From Chromera velia (lineage: Eukaryota): a stretch of 46,186 nt of DNA. The stretch spans positions 1 through 46,186 of the forward strand of contig JAHBMJ010000530.1 of NCBI GenBank assembly GCA_018398765.1. Reading direction: 5' to 3'. A program made the translations under genes and the position numbers. The number at the start of each line of letters is the position of its first letter. Position 1 is the stretch's first letter. The notes beneath the pieces were generated by a model. It was not told the origin of the DNA, did not search any database, and saw only the letters and a list, made by a program, of their open reading frames with translations. This document shows positions 23,743 through 35,289 of the stretch, in pieces.

Positions 23743-26107
23743 ATGGAAGACCTTGCCAAGGAGCTATGGGGCGAGGGAGGGGGGGAACTTGGGAAATCTG
23801 CGACTGACGGGCGAGAGGGATTTTCAATGACCTTCGAGCTTAAGAAGACAGATCCGACTCCAGATGAAACGAATGCAAACCAGAGTGCGTCAAAACCATT
23901 AACTCTGGAACACGAGCTTGAAAAGAGATATACCAGTATGAGGGATGTCATTCACAAGTCATTGACAGAGATGCACCACCTCGTTGTCTCAAACATGACT
24001 ATCTCGAGACAGGCTCCTTTCCTCGCACAGGTCAGTCAAATCCCGTCTGTCCACCATTGAGTTGCCACCCCGCCCATCATTTTTTCCCTTTATCATCTCT
24101 TTGTGACCTTAATCAAGAGTCTTTGCCGATAGGAGAAGCCAAGTACCGAGTTACGCTCCACCAACTCTCTGAGCCTGCATTTCCCTGGCTCACTTCTCTT
24201 AATCGGATATTACTTGTACGTGTTGTTCGTCTCTCATCCCTCGTGATTGTCACTGCCAAGGTGAAGCACAGTGTTCATATCGCTTCTAACTAACTCTGAG
24301 CTTTTCTGTCCATGTACTTACTGTATTTATTGTCCGCTTCTTCTTTCTGAGCCTGCAGACCCGTTGCGACTGGAACTCGCGTCCCGATTTGAAGAAGACC
24401 CTGAAAACCGATCTCCTTCATGACCAGATGGTCATGAGGTTTCTCACCTTTGTCAAAGCATTCTTTGATGAGCCCAAAGACGTGGCACCCTTCCTGGACT
24501 CCTTCTTTGCCGAATTCGAGTTCGAGTCGGGGTACCCGGATTACAAATCCCCTAACGCAGCAGCAGCAGCAAACGGACGGAGGACCACCGAGGCCAGCAA
24601 AAAGGCAAAGAAGAAGCGCGAATACCTGAAGAAGATTCGAAAAACCCACAGCGCTGCCATCCCTTCCGCCTCCCTCACGGAGCCTGTAGAGGCAGTGGGG
24701 GAAGAGGCAAAGGAAGACGGGTCTGTGGAGAGAACGTTGAGAGACTCCTTTTCATCTGAAGAGGAAGAGGCGAGCTCTTCATCCGAGGCAGAGGACGGAG
24801 ACAGCCAGGAAGATGCTTCATTGTCCTCCAAAGGAAATGAGGGGGAGGACGAAGACTCGTCTCCTGTCATGCAAGAGATGGAAAAGCAGACGAGTGATCT
24901 CACCGTCCGTCCTTCCCAGATCAAGGCAGACGGTGGTGAGGCATCTTTCCTGTCTCCCAGAGACCGGTCGCCCCTCCCAAGAGAAAAAGAGAGCGCCACC
25001 AGCTCTGCCGTCACTTCACCGTCGGGCCCCACCTCCCGCACCCAGACGCCTTCCACTGCGGCAGAGGGGGAGAGGGAACGCGGGAAGCAGAAGCAGAAAT
25101 CCACTCAAAGAGCCCTGAGTGAAATGCCTCCCTCTATACCCTCGCTCTCTCTTCTGCCATCTGAGGAAGAACTGAATGCCATGGACAGGGAGAGGGAGAG
25201 ACAGACTGCAGCGCATCCAAACGAAAAAGAACAGGGAGAGTCTCTTCCTTTTCCTTCTGGTCCCCTCCTGTCAGACACCGCTATGCCTTCCCCCGAGAGC
25301 CCCCAAACAGCAGGAGCAGCAGCAGTAGAGAGGCAGAAGGGGAAGGCAGAGGCCCCCGCGTCATCTTCTGCGTCCTCCGCTTCTGCCCGCCTCTCCACTG
25401 AGACTCAGAGAGAGGGGAAAAACTCAATCTCCCAACAAAATGAAGCAGCCGCAGTAGCGACTGCAGCTGCAACGGCCGCCCCTGACGGTTTGACGGACTC
25501 AGGCAACTTCCTTCTCTCTGTTGGTGCCCCTGAGGTGCTTGCGAAACCGTCGGCTCTCGGAGGTGGGGGGAGAGTCCGAAGACGAAAACGCGATGTGGGC
25601 ATTCAAGTGGGCCAGTCGCGTTCTCACTCAATAGTCGCCCCCTCTGGCTCTTCTACTGCAGTTCGGCAGGGAAGCCGGTGGCCCGTTTTTGTCTTTCTGG
25701 GAAATTGTCTCCGCAGTGTGACCAGACAGAGGGATTTGAGTCGAATGGTGAGTGCCTTGGTGTCCGGTCTGATTGTTCTGGTGGTATTGCTTTTGCTGCC
25801 TTTTGCCCTGACGAGTGAGTCATCCCAACAGGGGATTCCCTTCCTCGTCTGTGTGGCAACGATTGTGGCGGTTTTCTTCGGGGACAGACTGAGGGGTCTG
25901 GTTGAGGGGCTGAACGGCGGGAGTCAGGGGGGGTCCCCTCGGAGGGCTTCGAAGGAGGGGTCGTTCCTCTCGCCGTTGGCTTTGAAGCCGGAGGCATCGA
26001 CGGGAGGGGGGGCAAAGAGACGCGGGGGTGGGGGGGGGAATCTGAGACAAAGGCGGGGAAGCAAAGGCAGTAAGAAAGAGAAGGAAAGAGAGACAGGAGA
26101 ACGATGA
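23743..26107 (+). CDS. Hypothetical protein with acidic low-complexity middle and two C-terminal transmembrane segments; exons 23743..24030 and 24359..26107 (~678 aa)
   Basis: ATG ORF ending at the donor CAG|GTCAGT (24030), joined in phase 0 to the acceptor CTGCAG| (24359) and the 572-aa ORF. Hydrophobic segments are ALVSGLIVLVVLLLLPFAL and GIPFLVCVATIVAVFFG, followed by a basic tail. Confidence 0.7.
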
Positions 26108-27543
26108 GCTAGAAGCAGCAGAAGCTGGGGGGTGAGGAGCACGGGCCGGCAGGCAGCAAGGCAAGAGCCATGATGATTGTCCAATGTGTTGCCTGCAACG
26201 TCGTCGTCAAAAAGGGAAGGAGGAAGGGAGGGAATCATTGTGGCAGGGGGGAAGGGAGAAAGAGCCAGGGGGGGGATTGTGTGGGCGCAGCACAGACAGA
26301 CGGTGATGTGGTGATGAATTCCTCGATGGGTGGGTGGAGCGAAAGAGAGAAACAAAGACCTGAAATTCTTTCTCTCACTGACATTTGTCTCGAGAAATAG
26401 AGAAGAGGACGGGAGTGTTGTCTTTCGTGAAGTAACGAAGAAAGACACATTTCCTTCTGACACTGATTTTAAAATCACAGGGGGGATTCAGGGAGAGAGG
26501 GCGGGAGGGAGAGAGGGAGGGATATATGTGCCTGTCTTCAAGAAATGCACAGAGAGAATAAATGAATGGGGAATTGCTGGGGGGTCAACTGGCTTAGATG
26601 AGTGAACGTTCTGTTCTGTGCTTTTGTGGTAGTACGGTCGGGGCACGGGAGCAGTCATACGTGCATTCATCAGTTTGTACGCGGATTCACTCACTTATTA
26701 ATTCACTCACTCATTCATTCGCCGCAGTCCCGCAAAGAGTTTGGTGATCTGCGAGCGATTCAAGGATGTTTCCTTCCTCTCGCCGTTCCTCTCCTATCCT
26801 GCCTCCCTCCTGCCTTTGTGATTTTTCGTCTGCATGCATGCGCGCCTTTTGATCGAACTGACTCACTCTGTGTCATCTTTTGTTAATTTACATGGTTGCG
26901 CTGCTGCCTCTCCCTTTCTTCCGTATTGCTGCATGCATCATGCATGTCTGTGACTGGATTCATGGATGGATGTTGGAAGGGCAACAGAAAGGAATCAACG
27001 TCAGAAGAGTGGGGGTCAGAAAAGAAACGCGAAAAGGGGACGAAGATGCATGCATGACTCCTTCCATGCAGCCCCGAGTGCATGCGTGAATCGGGGGGGN
27101 GGGGGGGGGGGGGGCAAAAAGGGCGAGATGGAAATGAATGAGTGCATGATAAGGACAGTTGATACCTCAGCAGCAACAGCAGTAGTTGTTCTTGCTGACT
27201 GGCGGTTAATTTTGATGAAAAAAACGTCTGGGGGTTGAATTTTGCAACTGGCGTTTTCTCGCTTCGCTTTCCCCCTGGCTTCCTTCCTAGCTTCCTTCCC
27301 TGTTGCATGAATTCAAGAAGCAATTTTGACTTCTTGCAGCAAAATCCTAGGCAAAATCGCAAAAACGGAATGAATTAAGCGCCACTTTTTTCCTGGATAG
27401 ATTCTTTGCAGTCCTCAGGGGTCTTTGCTTCTATTTAAAAGAAGTCGCATGATCGAGTGCCTTAATTCTTTCACCTAGTGATCCATGCATTCATCCAGGC
27501 GCCATCATATTCACTGAAGGAAATGAAGCGAGGGTCCCGAATT

Positions 27544-28057
27544 TACATTGTCCACATAAGAGTAACCGCTATAAAAAATAGTAATGAGGCGGCCTAACGG
27601 CCGCCGAGTTACGGTTTTTTAGTCACTCAAGGTTTAAAATGGTAGATTACGGAAAAACAGTAACGCAACCCGCTGATAATAGCCTGATATACGATTATTC
27701 AGTTACGAATATCACTAATAATAGTCTACTAGGACAAAAACTAAATTTAATCTGTTTAAAACTTGCTTTTCGACGTCCACAGCTACCTTTACATTCAAAA
27801 TAATTCAAAAGTTTGACAAAACAATACAAAAGGTCGACCTTATAAGCCTTTTCCATCCCCTTCCCTTCCATTAACTTATTATAGTCTTTTTAACTGCCGA
27901 CTTTGGCTTTTGCCTTGTCTTTTAGCCTTCCTTTGCCCTTCGCCTTTGCCTTGGCGGCAGAAGGCTGATTTAAGAAAGACGAACTCGAAGATGCCCCCCC
28001 TGATCTAGCTACTAGTCCTGCAGAAACAGGTCGCTCTCTACAGTTTGCAACACTGTC

Positions 28058-28143
<86 letters not shown>

Positions 28144-28724
28144 ACATACACCAAACATTGTTTGGAAATGTTAAAGAAGATCCATCTATCCATTTATTCA
28201 TTCATTCACCCCTCCTAACCTTCGCAGAGAGTTATTTTGTTAGGCAAGGCCTGGCAAGCAGTCAGATATGCAGACACAGCCACAGGCAAGAACAGGTAGG
28301 CACAGGGAGGCACAAGCATGCTTCTCCCGTCTATCTCCGTCTCTAGCATGCTTTTTCTGTCTGAAGGCATATATGCTGGTCACGGCGATTCCTGTATCAA
28401 AAGATTAATAACAGCTTAACAAGATCGCATCTTATCGGTTGGCAATGGTTAATTGGCTCCTTTGGCTTACCGGTCTTGGAGTCAATGCAATCATTCACTT
28501 GTACAAGCATGCATGCATATGATTAAATGATTGAATTATACGCATGCAAGATGTTCACTGCATGAAGAACCGCACAAGATTTCTATGCCGGGGCCCCATG
28601 TTGGCCCCACAACGCCCGAATTACGGTTTTTCCATTAAAAAAAATGGAAAAACCATAACAAAAAAAAATCGTGATCCGTAATTTCCTCACAGACCCCCAT
28701 CGTAACCCTTATGTGGACGGTGTA
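27544..28724. mobile_element. Non-autonomous hAT-like DNA transposon (1181 bp)
   Basis: Imperfect 23-bp TIRs (TACATTGTCCACATAAGAGTAAC versus reverse complement TACACCGTCCACATAAGGGTTAC). Perfect 8-bp flanking direct repeat CCCGAATT at 27536-27543 and 28725-28732. Subterminal TTACGG/CCGTAA motifs. No transposase. Confidence 0.75.
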
Positions 28725-29098
28725 CCCGAATTAAATGTAAAGTGACTGACTAACTGCATGGAGCTGGACAACGGCGTATGCAGAGTTCAAATTGAATAAA
28801 GAGAAAGACACTTCTAAAAATACCCATATGCGCCTATCGTTTTATCTTACCTAACTAGTATCCTACAGATTCCTACTAAGTTCTTAGCTAACTTTCTTAC
28901 CTTTTTGACTGCTTTGATACGTATGAGTATCCCAGCCGAACCTATCCTCTGGATAGCCTGAGACCCTCAGGCTAACACTCCTAACCTATATGCAGTTGTA
29001 ACTGTTAAACAGTATTGTCAATACTAGACAGTCATGGTGGACCGCTGTGCTGGCACTGCTGTGACTGAGGGAGGCATATAGCTAAGGAGTGTAAGAAC

Positions 29099-29267
29099 NN
29101 NNNNNNNNNNNNNNNNNNNNNNNNNNNNNNNNNNNNNNNNNNNNNNNNNNNNNNNNNNNNNNNNNNNNNNNNNNNNNNNNNNNNNNNNNNNNNNNNNNNN
29201 NNNNNNNNNNNNNNNNNNNNNNNNNNNNNNNNNNNNNNNNNNNNNNNNNNNNNNNNNNNNNNNNNNN
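29099..29267. other. Assembly gap (169 N)
   Basis: Run of N. Confidence 1.
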
Positions 29268-29399
29268 GGGGGGGGGGGGGTATGTTTGAGTTCTTAGGGC
29301 TGCAGATCCGACAGGGTCCCCCCCCTTCGAGCTCTAGGGAGATCAGAGCTCTCTGAACGGGAACCCCCCCGTTCGGGGAGCTCTAGCCTAAGGCAGAAA

Positions 29400-30185
29400 T
29401 CAATCCATCCCTCACTCACTCCATCCATCCATCCATCCCTCACTCTACCTCACTCCATCCATTCATTCATCCATCCATCCATCCATCCATCCCTCACTCA
29501 CTCACTCACTCCATCAATCCACCCCTCACTCACTCACTCCATCCATCGAACCATCCATCCCTCACTCACTCACTCACTCTATCCATCCATCCATCCATCC
29601 ATCCATCCCTCACTCACTCCTTCAATCCATCCGTCACTCACTCCATCTATCCATCCATCAATTTATCCATCCATCCATCCATCCATCCATCCCTCACTCC
29701 ATCGATCCATCTATCCATCCATCCATCCATCCATCCATCCATCCATCTCTCAGTCACTCCCTCACTCCATCCATCCATCCATCCATCCCTCACTCAGTCC
29801 ATCACTCCTGGACCATCCATCAATTTGTCTATCCATCTGTCCATCCATCCATCCATCCATCCATCCATCCCTCACTCCATCCATCTATCCATCCATCCAT
29901 CCATCCATCTCTCAGTGACTCCCTCACTCCATCCATCAATCCATCCATCCATCCATCCATCCATCCCTCACTCACTCCATCACTCCATCCATGAATTTGA
30001 CTATCCATCCGTCCATCCATTCATCCATCCATCCATCCATCCATCTCTCAGTCACTCTCTCACTCCATCCATCCATCCATCCATCCATCCATCCATCCAT
30101 CCCTCACTCACTCCATCAATCCATCCCTCACTCACTCCATCCATCAATTTGTCTATCCATCCTTCCATCTATCCATCCATCCGTC
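29400..30185. repeat. Compound (TCCA)n/(CTCA)n tetranucleotide repeat array
   Basis: About 790 bp of imperfect ATCC/CTCA repeats. The overlapping His/Pro/Ser/Ile ORFs are artefacts of the repeat. Confidence 0.95.
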
Positions 30186-30798
30186 AGTCACTGCAGAGCA
30201 GAAAGAGAGCATGCATTGACTGGAAAGAAAGGCATACAACGGAGAGCATTGAGTGGAAAGAAAGGTATCGTGTTCTCCACAGCTTCACCACGTTCTAGAC
30301 CACGTTTTCTTCAGATGGCACACGCAGTCAGCAGCAGTGTAAGGCAAGAGAAAACAGAACAACCATAAAAGAAAGCGACTGTTCTCAGGAGGCGAGCATA
30401 AGGCGAGCAGATGAATCAATGACCGACTCAGCCGGCCTGAAAAAGAATTTGATTGCGCACGCCCGTTTGATCCGACGGGTCCTCCCCCCCGTTCGAGCTC
30501 TGCGGCCCCCGTCGGGCAGGCTCCTGCCTGCCCCGCCGTCGGGGTCCTCCCCCCCCGTCGAAAAGAGATTTTACACCCCTATGGAGGCATCACTGCTGTT
30601 GTAAAGAACCGAACTAGGAACCGAACTGCCTCATGCGTTGTCGCCGAACGCTAAACGCCTATTCATAGGCCGATGGCAGGGTTATTAAGTACTGATAACT
30701 GTAAGTGTAGGACTTACGTACGCTCTATCGGCCCACCGGCAGGCGGCCTTATGTCTGTTGTGTATCTGCGCGGGCCTGCTGGCGCCATGTGTATTGAA

Positions 30799-31257
30799 TG
30801 TGACGGTAAACGTTACCTAGAACAGACCAGAACAGTCAGGTAACGAAAATGGTTAACGCTCAAACAGCTAAACGGGAAGTCTGACCTACTGGGTCGCAGT
30901 CCTCAGTCCAGATAGGAAAATCCATTCAGTAACGACAGAGAAATTCAAGGAGACGGCAATCTAGAATTCACTTAAACGAAGACCACGCGTTCGATCCAAT
31001 GCGCAGGACTTCGATGCTCCAAACATGATACACAGACTGATCAGACTGCCATCTGAGGATGCTCGCTATCATGAACCAACTGAGCAGACCGAGCCTTCGT
31101 ATAGTCTTACTGTTCGATCAAGGAGTCAGACGTTAATGCACTCAAACATGCGATCACGTCGCTCGCAATACTTTTCACTCGCGCGGATGGCTGGCGCGCT
31201 CGCAGAACGCTCAGCGCCCACCTGACGCACGCTTGGATGCATACGTTTACTCTCACA
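30799..31257 (-). repeat. 3' LTR of the copia element
   Basis: 459-bp direct repeat of 36521..36979 with TGTGA...TCACA ends. Confidence 0.95.
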
Positions 31258-31315
31258 AATCACCCCCTGTCTGAACTGAACAAAAACAGGAAGACAGACT
31301 AAAAGAGAGAAACGC

Positions 31316-34300
31316 TTAACTGCAACGAAGGAACTTGGTCTGTCTGTCTGCACGCATTGACCCAGTTTCGATCCAACGAACCTTTGCTCCCAACTTCGTC
31401 AAATTTTTTAAAACGTACTCCAACTCCCCCTGCATTCTCGGCTCGCTTTTGCACTGTTTTGAACCAATCTAATGCATCAGCGGCTGAGAGTCAGTCACTA
31501 CCACAACCGGAGGCATCTCACCCCACAACTTTCGAACAAAATGAATGAACGACCAGGACATCTTCACTGCGTCTCTCATTGCAAGAAGCTCTGCAGAAGT
31601 CGTAGACCCCAGCTTTCTTCCTATCTTGCTGCTTAGCCAATACACAGTGTTGTGCTCACCGATCTCATCAAGATTGGTAAGCTCTCCTTCATCAACCAAC
31701 TGCATCTCGATACCCAGTCTACCCTCTTTCTTGTGCAATTGATAGGACGCATCCCCCCACACCACCGGAACTGGAAGAGAGGGAACAGAACGAAGAGACA
31801 GAGGACGGGAAGTCTTGAATGCATGCCAGAAAGCCTTCTCACTCGCAAGAACGGACTCACGAGACGGACGGGAATTGAAGCGGGAAAGGTGGGAAAACAG
31901 GAAGGAAAGAGAAGGTTGGGTCTTAACAGCCTACCCCAAATACCCCACATTCTTCTGCTGCTGTTCCTGCAAGGACATGTCAGTCTCTGCAGTCTCAGGC
32001 AACAGGAGATCTTTCTTAGTCAAGGGGTTCTTTGCCTCTTCACTCACTCCCTTCACCATTCCCTCAATATACGTGGACTGGTGAAGCAACATCTCACCAG
32101 GACGCATCCGAATGGACATGCCCACATAAGAATGAAGCTCTCCATTGTCCATTCTCTCTGGCTGGTCTGTGTCAAAAAGCTCCTGGATTTGCTTCATGTC
32201 TTCGTTAACGGAAGGAAAAAAAATGAAGAGATCATCAACATGCTGACAAGTAAAGTAACGATCTCACCCTTCTTGTTCTTTCTAACCAAAATCGACTCAG
32301 CAATCTCAGTCCACCCCAGGCTGCTCACCTTCTTCTTGAAGTAACTCGTGTAGACCTTTGGGGCATCTTTCAGGCCGTAAACAGCCCTCTGAATGCGAAC
32401 GAAGACACCAGCACAGAGGCCGGGATAGACCTCTATAGGGAGGTCGGATGGAAGGCGCAGCCATACTGCGTCTTTCATGGGTGCCTGCAGGAACGCAGTT
32501 GACACGTCCATTTTGGCTGCCTGCAGACCTTTTGAGACGGCCCAGAGGAAGGCAACTCTAGCCAGACTTGCGTCTGCTGTGCCAGAGTAGGTCTCAAGCA
32601 CCGACCAATCACGAGAGTCTTGGAACCCTCTCGCTACGAGACGAGACTTTATAACCCTCTTTCCCTCCTTCAACTTCCAGGTCCTCACCCACCGAAGGGT
32701 AATCGCCTTGACCCCCTTCTCCATCTGCAGAGTCTGTGTAGAGAGATCAAATACAGAACAGAGACACCAACGAGCGAGTTCCTTTCGATCGGACTCTTTG
32801 AAGAGACTCTGTGCAATCTCTTCCTCAGTGGCAAGAATGTGCCCCTTCGCATCGTTCTCTCTGGCTAGCAACTTGCGCGCCCTCTCACCTTTCATCACTG
32901 CACACGCAATCTCAAAGTGCGTGTCGAGGGCTTTCGCAATCCGTGCTTCCTTTATCTCTCTCCTTCTCCTTCTGTGCTCACGGATCTGATTCCTCCTCTG
33001 AGATTTGGACATCTCAGACCACCGAAGGAACTCGGCGGTATTTGCTTCCTCGGCTACCTGGTCGGTAACGACATCAATGTCTACCGGGACTTCATCTGAA
33101 GGGACAGGGGGAACAGGATCAGGCACAGGAAGTGCCTGCTCAGCAAGTCTGTCAAGCACGGCAGGGGGAAGCTGTCCATCAGCGGGGAGCTTGAACCGCT
33201 CCACAATGTCTTTCTGCTTTACTGTCTCCAGCTCGGCAGGAAAGAAACTTCCATCATCCCTCTGCTTCAACCGTGCTGCTATGATGCTCCTCACTTGTTT
33301 TTCCCCCTCCCTCACAATCTGCCCTGGGAATAGGGCCCCATCTGACTATCGGGCAAGAACACCCTGCAAACGAGGCACGCGAACGCCTCGGGGAGAACGA
33401 GGGAGCTGATGGACCGGATGAGAAACGTCCTCATCAGACGCCGCACCCCCAGTCTCTGCATTGTCTACATCTGACCGGTTGTCTTCTTCTCCCCAACCAA
33501 ACCAAACGGATCCTCTCCCCACAACGGAATCTATCTCCCTCTCTGCAACCACATCGTTTTTGCCATCTTCGTCAAAATCAATACGCTCCACCCCTAACCA
33601 CGACTCCATCTGAATGTGGCTGGGGTAAACGCGAAGAGGCCTCCACTGTCTCCCTCTCCGAATCAACACAGAGACGGACTATGGACTGATCACCCCCCCG
33701 AAAAGAGCTCTCTCACTCTTTTCGACAGGACCGCCAGCAACGAAACGCTGATGGCGAGAGGGATCGGACAAGCGAACAACATCCCCCGGAGTAACAGGGG
33801 GCACCCCCGAACGCACACCAAAAAGAGCACAATTCGGGAAAACGCCAGTCGAGCCGTGAACAACCTCATTTAGAGAATTGACAATTCCAGGGATGAAGAC
33901 AGGCCAGAGATAAAAGGGAAGAGAACGCTGAAAGAGAACTTTGTTCAAAAGAGAAAAGAAATCGTCATTCACTCTCTCAACAAATGCCTGCACTTCGGGA
34001 GTGAGAAGAGGACCGAACTGAGTTGTAATCCCCTCTCCCTCAACTGACGAACAAAACGAGAGGTAGAGATCAGAAATGAACTCACCTCCGTTGTCTGAGT
34101 GCACGACCTTCAGCTTCCCCTTGCCGGCTTTCTCCCACCAACGAGTCCAGGAGATCAGGTGACGCACTGCGTAATCTTTCGACCGCAGCGCCCACAACGA
34201 TTTCCTTCACGTCTGCAAATCAACAATGACAGACACGTAACGAAACCCCCCGATCCCTTTTCTCTTCATATCCTTCAGGTCGTAGTAGATGTCGGCGTTG

Positions 34301-35279
34301 AACTGCCCCCCCGGACCCGCAGGCTCTAGCTCCTTTTCCTCATCGTCCTCATGAACAGAAGACTCATCCTCTTTGCGAGAACGCTTTCGCATCCCCGCTG
34401 CTGCACCTCTTCTCTTCAACTTTCTCCTCCGAAAGTTCACAACACGACACGCCTTACACGTGTCTCTCACCTCTTTGCACTCTTTCACAGAAAATTACAC
34501 CCCCACCCCCTTCTCCTTCAATGTGGCCTACAAACGCTGCCCAGTCGCATGACCGAGACGGGAGTGAAGGACAAACAAAAGGTGCGCCGCCGATCTGTTC
34601 TCAGGAGAAATCTCTGCCTGCCCAGAGAGAGCAGACTGTCGGAGGGGACAAAGAAAAACAGAAGGACAAACGTTGGCAGCAACAACCGCTTCCTCAACCT
34701 TCGTAAGACGAAGAATTGGAACTTTGCCCGTCTGATCAACAGGAGAACGAAACCTCTCCCCATGCACATCCTTGAACCAGACCCACCCAGATTCAGAGGG
34801 ACTCTCCTCCCCAGGGAGAGACAACTTTCTTCTCCCACAAGCAAATAACGGACGACCGATTGACTCGTGACTACATCCTTCCTCAGAAATGATGCGCACA
34901 CCACCCCATTCATCGACAAACGGAAGGTGAAATGTCTTGACCCCTCTCACAGAGAGGCGGGCAGCATCAGAGGCGAGACGAAACGAGACAGCCTGGTCAA
35001 CATACGAAACAACATACCTGTCAAACGAGGGGGGAACGAGACTCTTCGAGGCCCTGGAATCGGCAAACATCTCTCCATCGCCTTCCCCCGTCATACCGAC
35101 AAAGGACTTAACAGACGTAACGACTCTTACTTCATCCATTTCTCCGCCAAACTCCCACCCCCTCTTTTCGACATTCCGCAAGGTTGCCCTCACGAAACAC
35201 CCACTGCCAGCCTTCTCACTGGCCCCTGCCCCCCCCCAGCGGCTGGACTGGAACTGGGGGGGGGTGGCCCAGGGGCCAT
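31316..35279 (-). pseudogene. pol: Copia pol polyprotein (PR-IN-RT-RH), disrupted by premature stops and frameshifts
   Basis: PR: FADSRASKSL (DSG site appears altered). IN: HSRLGH...CKAC, VIVD, VVHSDNGGEFI, AFVERVN. RT: KSRLVARGF, MDVSTAFLQA, AVYGLKDAP, with HVDDL in a shifted frame. RNase H: VWGDASY, STTSAELLAM, VTDSQPL. Premature stops at about 34528, 34207, 33679, 33346, 31931 and 31469. Confidence 0.9.
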
Positions 35280-35289
35280 TTAAAAATCC
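35220..35289 (-). promoter_or_regulatory. Predicted -1 programmed ribosomal frameshift signal (slippery G GAU UUU + downstream stem-loop)
   Basis: gag ends CAG GAT TTT TAA. Four nt after the heptamer a hairpin begins: TGGCCCCTG/CAGGGGCCA (9 bp), then C9AG/CTG9 (11 bp). The -1 frame is open from the heptamer into the protease ORF 35193..34528. Confidence 0.75.

Noticed and set aside
29825..30368. His/Pro/Ser/Ile-rich ORFs
   Set aside because: They are translations of the (TCCA)n array.
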